Positions 51,724-63,719 of a stretch of DNA of 64,000 nucleotides are shown here, in pieces. This stretch comes from Squalus acanthias (lineage: Eukaryota), in assembly GCA_030390025.1 (NCBI GenBank), contig CM059433.1:744001-808000 (forward strand), in the 5' to 3' direction. Numbering within the stretch: position 1 is the first letter of the stretch; each line of letters opens with the position of its first letter. The notes beneath the pieces are model-generated. The model was not told the origin of the DNA. It made no database searches and was given only the letters and a program-made list of their open reading frames with translations. Position numbers and translations under genes: made by a program.

Positions 51724-52884
51724 ATGGGGGCTGCAATGATTGGGGGCGTCGTCCTGCTCCAGCTCAATCGGAGGATAGTGAGACGCAGACAGAGAGTGGC
51801 AATGATGGCCAGACGGAGGAGGGCCATCAGGCGCATGTACAGGAGAGCTTACCCTCCCAGGGTATATCGTGAACAGCTCTCCTACATCCACATGTCCGAG
51901 GAGCTGTGTTTGCGAAGGCTGCGATTCAGCAAGGAGGTGGTCACTGAGCTCTGCCACCTGCTGCAGCCAGATCTGCAGCCTCAGCTGAGGTCCAGGACGT
52001 CTCTGTCGGTGGCAGTGAAGGTCACAGTGGCTTTGAACTTCTACGCCACTGGCTCATTCCAAGCTGCTGTTGGGGACCTCGCCAATATCTCCCAGTTTGC
52101 GGTGCATCGCTGCATCCGGCAGGTCACCAATGCCCTCTTCACAAGGAGACGAGACTTCATCTCCTTCCCTATGACCCCAGACAAGCAGCATGACCGTGCT
52201 ATGGGCTTTGCGAGGGTAGCGGGCTTCCCCATGGTGCAGGGCGCCATTGACTGCACGCATGTGGCTTTGCGTGCTCCGCGAGAGAATGCAGAGGAGTTCC
52301 GGAACAGAAAGGGGTTCCATTCCTTGAATGTGCAGTTGGTCTGTGACCACAGACAGGTGATTCTCGCTGTCAATGCCCACTATCCGGGCAGCTGCCACGA
52401 TGCTTTCATCCCGCGCCAGAGTACTGTGGCAGAAATTTTCGAGGCACCGCATCAGCCAGTTGGTTGGCTTCTGGGGGACAAGGGGTACGCATTGAGCACC
52501 TGGCTGATGACACCGCTCCGTGCGCCAAAAACCCCTGCTGAGCTGCGGTACCAGGAAAGCCAACAAGCAACCAGGAACATTATTGAGCGCACAATCGGCG
52601 TGCTCAAACAACGATTCCGCTGTCTGGACCATTCCGGAGGAGCCCTGCAGTACTCGCCTGAGCAAGTTTCCAAATTCGTAGTGGTGTGCTGCATGTTGCA
52701 CAACATGGCAATCCTCAGGACGCAGCCAATGCCACCAGGCCTTGCAGCACCACAAGAGGAGGAGGAGGAAGAGGAGGAACAGGCCGAGGACGATGATCAG
52801 CAGCAGCACCAAGGCAGGAGGGCGGCCCACAATGGTCAAACTGCAAGGGCCGTCCATCAACGACTAATAGCAAGCCGATTCTAG
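51724..52884 (+). CDS. Harbinger DDE transposase, 386 aa, intact
   Basis: ATG to TAG open; GAIDCTH, LLGDKGY and RNIIERTIG catalytic motifs; HTH-like N-terminal region; acidic tail. Confidence 0.95.
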   Translation: MGAAMIGGVVLLQLNRRIVRRRQRVAMMARRRRAIRRMYRRAYPPRVYREQLSYIHMSEELCLRRLRFSKEVVTELCHLLQPDLQPQLRSRTSLSVAVKVTVALNFYATGSFQAAVGDLANISQFAVHRCIRQVTNALFTRRRDFISFPMTPDKQHDRAMGFARVAGFPMVQGAIDCTHVALRAPRENAEEFRNRKGFHSLNVQLVCDHRQVILAVNAHYPGSCHDAFIPRQSTVAEIFEAPHQPVGWLLGDKGYALSTWLMTPLRAPKTPAELRYQESQQATRNIIERTIGVLKQRFRCLDHSGGALQYSPEQVSKFVVVCCMLHNMAILRTQPMPPGLAAPQEEEEEEEEQAEDDDQQQHQGRRAAHNGQTARAVHQRLIASRF

Positions 52885-53178
52885 GGCCCCTGCCAGTGCT
52901 ACAAACACGAATCAACCCAGCACGCAACCCCTAAGCCGGCCAAGGCACCAATAATTCCAACCACCAGCCATGTATATTTTGAATACAGAAACTTATTTAT
53001 TGTACAAACTCTGTGTGTGTCAATTCCTCATGACAAACTCATAGAAATAAACACAAAAAAACAGTCAATAACATAACTGGTTCTCACAACCTGGAGATAA
53101 TGTCCAAAACACTAAACAAAAGTTGGGCCATGAACCTCGGCCTTTAATAAAAAAATGACCAGCATTTTGGCACACCTC

Positions 53179-55357
53179 CTACTTTTTGCCCTTCGAGGGT
53201 GATCTCCTTCCCTTGCGCACTTCCCCGCTTCTAACCCTACTGCTCCTCCGTAATGGGACCTCAGTGGCTGCAGCAAGGCTGGTGGAAGGCTGCTGCTTGT
53301 CAGACCCTGACACTGCAGATGCCCCTGAAGGACGGCCTCGACCACTTCTGGGCCTGGAGGGCCCGGCTGCAGACTGCACCAACTCTGCATGGGCGGCAGC
53401 AGTCTGTCCTACAGGCGGTGGCAAGTGCAGTGGAGAAGTGACAGTGTTGGCAGCAGGAATGCTGTCATCGTGAGAGAGGACAGCAACTCCCTGCTCGCCC
53501 GACACACTGGCACTCCCACGGGGCAGCACTTCAGCATCCGGAGCAATTTGCCGGAGAACAGATTGCTGGCCTGCTGCGGCGTGGTGACAGCCCCGGGGAC
53601 ATGTGCACGAACCATCGAGGATGGCAGCAGTCAGTGCTCGCGTGGCCTCAATCTGAGTCTGCATGAGAGCAGTCTCAGATGGGTTCCTGGCAGCCAGTGA
53701 CTGAATTGCAGCACTAAGCTTTAGTGTGGCATCCGCCTGTGCTACAGCGAAGTGCTCCACACTCCTTGCCAGTGCCTCAATGCATTCGGGCACCCTTCCC
53801 ACTGCACCGATGAGCTCAGTGTGCATGCCCACCGCCTGGCTGTTCATTTCTGCAATCAGCCGCTCCTCCTCTGCGTCCATTGCATTAGGAGTGTCTGGCA
53901 TACTCTCCCTCTGGGGAGAAGGCTCCCGTTCTTCCCTCCCCCCCCATGGCGTGGCTGCAGCCCGCTGGGTCCTGGAGCTTCACCATCATCAGCCCCTTCC
54001 CCCCTGCTCCCCCGTTCTTCCCTCCCCCCCCAATGGCGTTGCTGCAGCCCGCTGGGTCCTGGAACTTCACCATCATCAGCCCCTTCCCCACTGCTCCCCT
54101 CCGGGGAAGGCGTGTTCCCAGTGTGGCCATGGGCTTCCTCGGGAGAGGGTGGCACTGATGCTCCGGCTTCCTCTTCCTCCTCAGCTGCAGCATCACTCCC
54201 AGTGGCAGCTTCAGGGACCATCTCCTCAGCTGGTGAATCACCATCTGAAAGCAGGGAGGTACAAGAGTGGCTTTAGCGTGAGGACAGGGTGGCAGTAAGG
54301 GAGGAATAAGTGCAGCGAGTTAGCAAGTTGGATTGAAAGTGTCAAAGGCTGGTATTGTGAGGGACAAGTGGAAGGACAGAGGACAAAAAGGTGATGACCT
54401 TACCATTGCTGTCCACAACGGGGTCGGCGTCTCCAGTGGCGACGGGACCGATCACCCGGCTTGCCACAATCCTGTGGACGCGCTCCTCCAGATCGCTGAG
54501 GGGTTGCAGCTGAAGCCGCCCTCCACCCGTCCGTTGCTGCTGTCTCCGATTATGAGCCAGCTTAGCCTGCAAGAAAAAGGACAGCATCTGAGTCAATATA
54601 CAGCCATGGTCTTGCCTGATGTGCCTCCCATAGGTGAATAGCCCTTACAATATGCAGCCTTGGTCTTGCCTGATGTGCCTCCCATAGGTGAATAGCCCTT
54701 ACAATATGCAGCCATGGTCTTGCCTGATGTGCCTCCCATAGGTGAATAGCCCTTACAATATGCAGCCATGGTCTTGCCTGATGTGCCTCCCATAGGTGAA
54801 TAGCCCTTACAATATGCAGCCATGGTCTTGCCTGATGTGCCTCCCATAGGTGAATAGCCCTTACAATATGCAGCCATGGTCTTGCCTGATGTGCCTCCCA
54901 TAGGTGAATAGCCCTTACAATATGCAGTCATGGTCTTGCCTGATGTGCCTCCCATAGGTGAATAGCCCTTACTGTATGCAAAGTGTGGAATGTGTGTGTG
55001 TGTTTGATGAAAGGGCCATAGGTGTTGCATGAGTGTTGTGCATTGGGGTTTTAAGACCCTCTGGCCATAGAGTGAGGTTGAGATGGAGGGATGGAGAGGT
55101 ATTGAGAAAAAGCCACTCACCCTGACGACCCGAGTGAGGTCGTTGAACTTTTTGCGGCACTGAACATGGGTCCTGGGCACCATGCTCCTGGAGGAGACGC
55201 TCTGAGCCACCTCCCTCCACACTCTTCTGAACTCGCGTGGCAAAGGCCTCCTGCCACTCTCCGGGAACAGCATGCATCGTCTGCGCTCCACTGCGTCAAC
55301 CAGAGCATCCAAGGCCCGCTCGGTGAAGCGATGAGCGCGTTCTCTCACCCTCTCCAT
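53179..55357 (-). CDS. Harbinger Myb/SANT-like gene (exons 55357-55121, 54566-54404, 54244-53179), single 1-nt frameshift at C8 run 53938-53945
   Basis: MERVRERAHRFTERALDALV...WREVA...QCRKKFNDL; canonical splice sites with phases 0 and 1; basic C-terminus. Confidence 0.85.
54601..54972 (-). repeat. 54-bp tandem repeat x7 in Myb intron 1
   Basis: cagccatggtcttgcctgatgtgcctcccataggtgaatagcccttacaatatg; single copy in Harbinger 2. Confidence 0.97.
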
Positions 55358-55709
55358 GCTTGGCAGCAAAATGGATTGCAGGTCTCTCCAGGCTGAGATT
55401 CAAGGCTGCAATGAGCAGGGTGTGGCTGGGGAGCAAGTGGCCCCCCCCGCTTTAAGAAGTGTCCGGCGCCAGTGTGTCTGTGTTCCCTCGCTAACTGGCA
55501 GCAGCTGCGCTCGTGCGCTGAGGTAGCGCCTCACTCCTAGGCATTTGCGCCTTAAGAGAGGTGTGCAGCGCCTAATTTAGCGCTCCACTCACCTCCTGGG
55601 GCGGTAAAAGTGAAGTTTCCTGTCAGTGCCGATAATTAGCGCCAGGCGCTAATATTTGCGCGCGGACGATATTTGCGCCCCAAATGGGGCGCGACCTAAT
55701 TTCTACCCC

Positions 55710-58628
55710 AAGGAGCCTCACTAACTAGAGACAAGGAACATCACTAACTGGAGACAAGGAGCCTCACTAACTGGAGACAAGGAGCCTCACTAACTAGAGA
55801 CAAGGAGCCTCACTAACTAGAGACAAGGAGCCTCACTAACCGGAGACAAGGAGCCTCACTAACTGGAGACAAGGAACCTCACTAACTAGAGACAAGGAGC
55901 CTCACTAACTGGAGACAAGGAACCTCACTAACCGGAGACAAGGAGCCTCACTAACTAGAGACAAGGAGCCTCACTAACTAGAGACAAGGAGCCTCACTAA
56001 CTGGAGACAAGGAACCTCACTAACTAGAGACAAGGAGCCTCACTAGCTGGAGACAAGGAGCCTCACTAACCGGAGACAAGGAGCCTCACTAACTGGAGAC
56101 AAGGAGCCTCACTAACTAGAGACAAGGAGCCTCACTAACTGGAGACAAGGAACCTCACTAACTAGAGACAAGGAGCCTCACTAACTGGAGACAAGGAGCC
56201 TCACTAACTGGAGACAAGGAGCCTCACTAACTAGAGACAAGGAGCCTCACTAACTAGAGACAAGGAGCCCCAATAACTAGAGACAAGGAGCCTCACTAAC
56301 CGGAGACAAGGAGCCTCACTAACTAGAGACAAGGAGCCTCACTAACTGGAGACAAGGAGCCTCACTAACTGGAGACAAGGAGCCTCACTAACTGGAGACA
56401 AGGAACCTCACTAACTAGAGACAAGGAGCCTCACTAACTGGAGACAAGGAGCCTCACTAACTAGAGACAAGGAGCCTCACTAACTGGAGACAAGGAGCCT
56501 CACTAACCGGAAACAAGGAGCCTCACTAACTGGAGACAAGGAGCCTCACTAACTAGAGACAAGGAGCCTCACTAACTAGAGACAAGGAGCCTCACTAACT
56601 AGAGACAAGGAGCCTCACTAACTGGAGACAAGGAGCCTCACTAACTGGAGACAAGGAGCCTCACTAACTGGAGACAAGGAGCCTCACTAACTGGAGACAA
56701 GGAGCCTCACTAACCGGAGACAAGGAGCCTCACTAACTGGAGACAAGGAGCCTCAGTAACTGGAGACAAGGAGCCTCACTAACCGGAGACAAGGAGCCTC
56801 ACTAACTGGAGACAAGGAGCCTCACTAACTAGAGACAAGGAGCCTCACTAACTAGAGACAAGGAGCCTCACTAACTGGAGACAAGGAGCCGCACTAACTA
56901 GAGACAAGGATCCTCACTAACTGGAGACAAGGAACCTCACTAACTAGAGACAAGGAGCCTCACTAACTAGAGACAAGGAGCCTCACTAACTGGAGACAAG
57001 GAGCCTCACTAACTAGAGACAAGGAGCCTCACTAACTAGAGACAAGGAGCCTCACTAACTAGAGACAAGGAACCTCACTAACTGGAGACAAGGAGTCTCA
57101 CTAACTAGAGACAACGAACCTCACTAACTGGAGACAAGGAGCCTCACTAACTAGAGACAAGGAGCCTCACTAACTAGAGACAAGGAGCCTCACTAACTGG
57201 AGACAAGGAACCTCACTAACTAGAGACAAGGAGCCTCACTAACTGGAGACAAGGAGCCTCACTAACTAGAGACAAGGAGCCTCACTAACTAGAGACAAGG
57301 AGCCTCACTAACTGGAGTCAAGGAGCCTCACTAACTGGAGACAAGGAACCTCACTAACTAGAGACAAGGAGCCTCACTAACTAGACACAAGGAGCCTCAC
57401 TAACTGGAGTCAAGGAGCCTCACTAACTAGAGACAAGGATCCTCACTAACTGGAGACAAGGAACCTCACTAACTAGAGACAAGGAGCCTCACTAACTAGA
57501 GACAAGGAGCCTCACTAACTGGAGACAAGGAGCCTCACTAACTAGAGACAAGGAGCCTCACTAACTAGAGACAAGGAGCCTCACTAACTAGAGACAAGGA
57601 GCCTCACTAACTGGAGACAAGGAGCCTCACTAACTAGAGACAAGGAACCTCACTAACTGGAGACAAGGAGCCTCACTAACTAGAGACAAGGAGCCTCACT
57701 AACTAGAGACAAGGAGCCTCACTAACTGGAGACAAGGAACCTCACTAACTAGAGACAAGGAGCCTCACTAACTAGAGACAAGGAGCCTCACTAACTAGAG
57801 ACAAGGAGCCTCACTAACTGGAGACAAGGAACCTCACTAACTAGAGACAAGGAGCCTCACTAACTAGAGACAAGGAGCCTCACTAACTAGAGACAAGGAG
57901 CCTCACTAACTGGAGACAAGGAACCTCACTAACTAGAGACAAGGGGCCTCACTAACTAGAGACAAGGAGCCTCACTAACTAGAGACAAGGAGCCTCACTA
58001 ACTAGAGACAAGGAGCCTCACTAACTGGAGACAAGGAGCCTCACTAACTAGAGACAAGGAGCCTCACTAACTGGAGACAAGGAGCCTCACTAACTGGAGA
58101 CAAGGAGCCTCACTAACTGGAGACAAGGAACCTCACTAACTAGAGACAAGGAGCCTCACTAACTAGAGACAAGGAACCTCACTAACTAGAGACAAGGATC
58201 CTCACTAACTGGAGACAAGGAACCTCACTAACTAGAGACAAGGAGCCTCACTAACTGGAGACAAGGAGCCTCACTAACTAGAGACAAGGAGCCTCACTAA
58301 CTGGAGACAAGGAGCCTCACTAACTGGAGACAAGGAGCCTCACTAACTGGAGACAAGGAGCCTCACTAACTAGAGACAAGGAGCCTCACTAACTAGAGAC
58401 AAGGAGCCTCACTAACTAGAGACAAGGAGCCTCACTAACTGGAGACAAGGAGCCTCACTAACTGGAGACAAGGAGCCTCACTAACTAGAGACAAGGAGCC
58501 TCACTAACTAGAGACAAGGAGCCTCAGTAACCGGAGACAAGGAGCCTCACTAACTGGAGACAAGGAGCCTCACTAACTGGAGAAGGCAGGAACCTCACTA
58601 ACTGGAGACAAGGAGCCTCACTAACTGT
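55710..58628 (+). repeat. 23-bp satellite, right arm (~127 units)
   Basis: Direct inspection. Confidence 0.98.
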
Positions 58629-58770
58629 GGAACGCGGGAGCTCGCTGCACGATTGTCCCACCATTACCTTAAATGGTCAGAAAATCATACGCAGCATGTG
58701 TCCAAAATTCCGAAATGCGCTTCTGGTGGGTGATGCTCAGCAGCGTGAAATTGGAAAATGACCAATTATG

Positions 58771-59430
58771 GACGAGCCTCGTGGTCCCTCTCTGCATCGT
58801 TTCCAAAGCCTGGCTGTCTTCTTTGTATCTGAGTGATCAGAACTCAACATAGAATTCAAGTTGGAATCTGACCAGAGCAGTACATAATTCCAGCAGGATG
58901 GCCTCAACTTGTATTCTATTGATTTAGCAATACAGTTCAGAATTCTGTTGGCCTTGTTGATTGATACTCTGCAATGACTGGCCGTGGCAGGTGCTGAGTC
59001 TATAGTCATTCTCAGCTCACTTTCAGCCTCTTAACACCATTTACTGAGTAAGTTTGCCTTCATTCTTTTTTCCAACGTGTAATGCCTTAAACTTGTTCAT
59101 ATTGAATTTCATCTCCAATTGTCTGCCCACTTGTAAATTTTGTCTAGATCCTTCTGTTATTGCTTGCCTTCCTCATCAGACTCAACTGCTAGTTGACCGT
59201 CATCTGTGAATTTAACAGAATTGTTTATGAATTCATGTAACTTGCATAGATTAAAAATAATAGGGGCCCAAGCGCCGATCCCTGGATACTTCACTCGTTT
59301 CATCTCCTCAGCCCAACATCGCTCTTGACTCTTTCCTTAGCCACACCATATCATGAAGAGCTGTGGTTTAAACTTGTGTAGTAGCCTTTCAGACAAAACA
59401 TTTTCAAAAGCTTTTTGGAAGTCTAGGAAT
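58771..59430 (-). mobile_element. Old CR1 RT fragment (likely continuous with ~47690-48030)
   Basis: CRVSINKANRILNCIAKSIEYK and DFQKAF remnants. Confidence 0.75.
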
Positions 59431-60275
59431 CACCTCACCTTATTTAAATCAGTCTTGCTTGTAACACACTGATGGGAAATAACCGGAAATTTCATGCCAA
59501 ATCCCCCCAAAAATGCAAATAATTTGTCAGGAAGCCTTTCCTTGTTGGATGATTATTTAACTGGAACAAGACTGCTGGACGGTACAAAAGCTGGATCTCC
59601 ATAATTACTTGGAAACCAACATGTCCAAACAATAATGGCCTTAAAAATGAATAAGGACCCAATAATACAATGCATGCTACAGCTAACTTGTTGCGATCCG
59701 GTCTCCTAATAAATTCAACCTGTGAAAATAGATTACCATTAGAATTAAACCCTTGTGGATGGTGGGTATCCTAAATGAGCATTATTATCCTATAGTTATT
59801 GGTGGTATCCAGGAATTGTGATTGCTGCTCAGAAAAATAAGCCTTCCTGTCTTTGTAATCAATCCAAGTGAAAAATTACAATCCTATGGCATATTAGGGA
59901 ACTATGGGAAGTAACAGTCAGTCACTGCAAGATTTTTCATAACCGCAGCAATCCTGTTAGTGTTTAAAAATGTGTGAATTTTGGACAAACAAAAGCTTTC
60001 CGTACTTTAAGGAGGGCACAGTGTCAAGACCTGATCCAATACTGGGAACAAATCTCACACCTCCGCTTTTGCAGATTTCAAACTTGGGTCCTATGTATGA
60101 AGAGTTTATTAAGAGCTATCATAGACTCTTTTGAGCAATGGAAATTATTTTAAAGGCAGACCTATGCCTGAGAAAGAGGCTTGTACCATACATATCGTAA
60201 CAATGTACGACGCTCGCAACATTTTATCATTAGTCCACTTTTGCCGCCTTCTTTCTTCCATTTTCTTTGCACTAC

Positions 60276-62190
60276 TTTTTTTTTATTCGTTTATGGGATG
60301 TGGGCGTCGCTGGCAAGGCCAGCATGTATTGCCCATCTCTAATTGGCCTTGAGAAGGTGGTGGTGAGCCACCTTCTTGAACCACTGCAGTCCGTGTGGTG
60401 AAGGTACTCCCACTGTGCTGTTAGGTAGGGAGTTCCAATGATTTTTAGATGAGCACTTGAAACGCCATAGCATACAAGGCTACGGACCAAGTGCTGGAAA
60501 ATGGAATTAGAATAGACAGGGCTTGATGGCCGGCGCGGACACGATGGGCTGAAGGGCCTCTTTCTGTGCTGTATAACTCTATTATGACTCTATCTATGAC
60601 TCTATTTTGACCCAGCGACGATGAAGGAACGGTGATATACTTCTAAGTCAGGATGGTGTGTGACTTGGAGGGGAACTTGGAGGTGGTGGTGTTCCCATGC
60701 ACCTGCTGCCCTTGTCCTAGGTGGAAGAGGTCGCAGGTTTGGGAGTGCTGCCGAAACAGCCTTGGCGAGTTGCTGCAGTGCATCTTGTAGATGGTACACA
60801 CTGCAGCCACGGTATGCCGGTGGTGGAGGGAGTGAATGTTTAAGGTGGTAGATGGGGTGCCAATCAAGTGGGCTGCTTTGTTCTGGATGGTGTCGAGCTT
60901 CTTGAGTGTTGTTGGAGCTGCACTCATCCAGGCAAGTGGAGAGCATTCCATCACACTCCTTACTTGTGCCTTGTAGGTGGTAGAAAGGCTTTGGGGAGTC
61001 AGGAGGTGAGACACCCACCGCAGAATACCTAGCCTCTGACATGCTCTTGTTGCCACAGTATTTAAGTGGCTGGTCCAGTTAAGTTTCTGGTCAATGGTGA
61101 CCCCCAGGATATTGATGGTGGGGGATTTGGCGATGGTAATGCCACTGAATGTCAAGGGGTGGTGGTTAGACTCTCGCTTGTTGGAGATAGTCATTGCCTG
61201 GCACTTGCGTGGCACGAATGTTACCTGCCACTTATCAGCCCAAACCTGAACGTCGTCCAGGTCTTGTTGCATGCGGGCATGGACTGCTTCATTATCTGAG
61301 GAGTTGTGAATGGCGCTGAACACTGTGCAGTCATTAGCCAACATCCCCATTTCTGACCTTATGTTGGAGGGAAGGTCATTGATGAAGCAGCTGAAGATGG
61401 TTGGGCCAAGGACTCTGCCCTGAGGAACTCCTGCAGCGATGTCCTGGGGCTGTGATGATTGACCTCCAACCACCACAACCATCTTCCTTTGTGCTAGGTA
61501 TGGCTCCAGCCAGTGCAGAGTTTTCTCCCCGATTCCCATTGACTTCAGTTTTACTGGGGCTCCTTGATGCCACACTTGGTCAAATGCTGCCTTGATGTCA
61601 AGGGCAGTCACTCTCACCTCACCTCTGGAATTCAACTCTTTTGTCCATGTTTGGATCAAGGCTGTAATGAGGTCGGGAGCCGAATGGTCATGGTGGAACC
61701 CAAACTGGGCAACCGTGAGCAGGTTATTGGTGAGTAAGTGCCGCTTGATAGCACTGTCGATGACACCTTCCATCACTTTGCTGATGATTGAGAGTAGACT
61801 GATGCGGCGATAATTGGCTGGATTGGATTTGTCCTGCTTTTTGTGGACAGGACATACCTGGGCAGTTTTCCGCATTGTCGGATAGATGTCAGTGTTGTAG
61901 CTGTACTGGAACAGCTTGGCTAGAGGCGCGGCTAGTTCTGGAGCACAAGTCTTCAGCACGATAGCCTGGATGTTGTCAGGGCCCATAGCCTTTGCTTTAT
62001 CCAGTGCGCTCAGCCGTTTCTTGATATCACGTGCAGTGAATCGAATTGGCTGAAGACTGTCTTTTGTGATGGTGGGGACCTCAGGAGGAGGCCGATGTGG
62101 ATCATCCACTCGGCACTTCTGGCTGAAGATGGTTGTAAACGCTTCAGCCTTGTCTTTTGCACTCACATGCTGGGCTGCACCATCATTGAG
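60276..62190 (-). mobile_element. 5'-truncated LINE of a second CR1-group lineage (ORF 60643-~62190)
   Basis: KAMGPD, NYRRISLLS, LDIKAAFD, GVPQG and ANDC (degenerate YADD motif); 3' end in an A-rich tail. Confidence 0.9.
60436..60606 (+). mobile_element. CR1 3' end nested in the LINE 3' region
   Basis: QGYGPSAGKWN, 3' UTR and (ctatga)n tail. Confidence 0.8.
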
Positions 62191-62202
62191 GATAAGGATA
62201 AG

Positions 62203-63372
62203 GATAAGTCCCACATAAGAGGTTAGTGTGCAAAATTAAAGCACATGGGATTGGGGGTAATATCCTGGCATGGATTGAAAATTGGTTAACAGACAGGAAA
62301 CAGAGAGTAGGAATAAATGGGTCTTTTTCAGGGTGGCAGGCGGTGACTAGTGGGGTACCGCAGGGATCAGTGCTTGGGCCCCAGCTATTCACAATATATA
62401 TCAATGATTTGGATGAGGGAACCAAATGTAATATTTCCAAGTTTGCTGACGACACAAAACTAGGTGGGATTGTGAGTTGTGAGGAGGATGCAAAGAGGCT
62501 TCAAGGCAATTTAGACAAGTTGAGTGAGTGGGCAAATATATGGCAGATGCAGTATAACGTGGATAAATGTGAAGTTATCCACTTCGGTTGGACAAACAGA
62601 AAGGCAGAGTATTATTTAAATGGTGATAGATTGGGAAATGTTGATGTACAAAGGGACCTGGGTGTCCTTGTACACCAGTCACTGAAAGCAAACATGCAGG
62701 TCCAGCAAGCAGTTAGGAACGCAAATGGTATGTTGGCCTTCATTGCAAGAGGATTTGAGTACAGGAGCAAGGATGTCTTACTACAGTTATACAGGGCCTT
62801 GGTGAGACCACACCTGGAGTACTGTGTGCAGTTTTGGTCTCCTTACCTAAGAAAGGATATACTTGCCATAGAGGGAGTGCAGCGAAGGTTCACCAGACTG
62901 ATTCCTGGGATGGCAGGACTGTCGTATGAGGAGAGATTGGGTCGACTAGACCTGTATTCACTAGAGTTTAGAAGAATGAGAGGGGATCTCATTGAAACGT
63001 ATAAAATTCTGACAGGGCTAGACAGACTGAATGCAGGGAGGATGGTTCTCCTGGCTGGGGGGTCTAGAACGAGGGGTCACAGTCTCAGGATACAGGGTAG
63101 GACATTTAGGACTGAGAAGAGGAGAGATTTCTTCACTCAGAGGGTGGTGAACCTGTGGAATTCTCTACCACAGAAGGCTGTGGAGGCCAAGTCACTGAAT
63201 ATATTTAAGAAGGAGATAGATAGATTTCTAGACGCAAAAGGCGTCAAGGGGTATGGGGAGAGAGCGGGAATATGGTATTGAGATAGAGGATCATCCATGA
63301 TCATATTGAATGGCGGAGCAGGCTCGAAGGGCCGAATGGCCTACTCCTGCTCCTATTTTTCTATGTTTCTAT
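62203..63372 (+). mobile_element. 5'-truncated CR1 LINE (open 351-aa RT C-terminal part)
   Basis: [14 protein letters not shown], 3' UTR and tail; close to the 22236-26729 family. Confidence 0.95.
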
Positions 63373-63719
63373 TAAGAATTCAAATTCCAGATTATTAAAT
63401 CTACTTTACTGGCCTCTTCTATCCCATTTTCAGAAGGATCATGTTTGTATCATATTTTGATAGCGTATGCTATAGGTCTCCTCATCAAAACAAGATGTCC
63501 TTTTATGATTAGCGTGCATTGAATGAAACTTTGGTGGGAATTGCAGCCTGCTGCACTGTACGTTCCTTGCCACAATGTAAAGTCAAAGAAATCCATATCA
63601 GAAAGTAGGAGCTTTGTGGCAGTGCTACCATAAAGAAAAATAGCACATCGCTAGATCGCAAATACTCAATATAGCATCAAGCCTCATAGAAAGAAAGAAA
63701 GAACTTGCATTTATATAGT

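Larger units (their letters stand above)
51212..55709 (+). mobile_element. PIF/Harbinger DNA transposon, copy 3 (near-intact) inserted in satellite
   Basis: TIRs ggggtaaaaatt / aatttctacccc; splits one satellite unit at gagac-aag-gagcc (flanks ATG / AAG). Confidence 0.97.

Noticed and set aside
51724..52884. Domesticated host gene HARBI1 (and NAIF1/MSANTD for the partner)
   Set aside because: Enclosed by TIRs, present in several copies in this window and inserted into repeats, so it is a transposon gene.
48905..58628. CRISPR-like array beside a nuclease gene
   Set aside because: Units are head-to-tail with no unique spacers, the nuclease is a Harbinger transposase, and the context is eukaryotic.
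59960..60155. Possible + strand terminal exon (ISNLGPMYEEFIKSYHRLF*)
   Set aside because: Only an acceptor-like motif, with no recognisable homology or partner exons.
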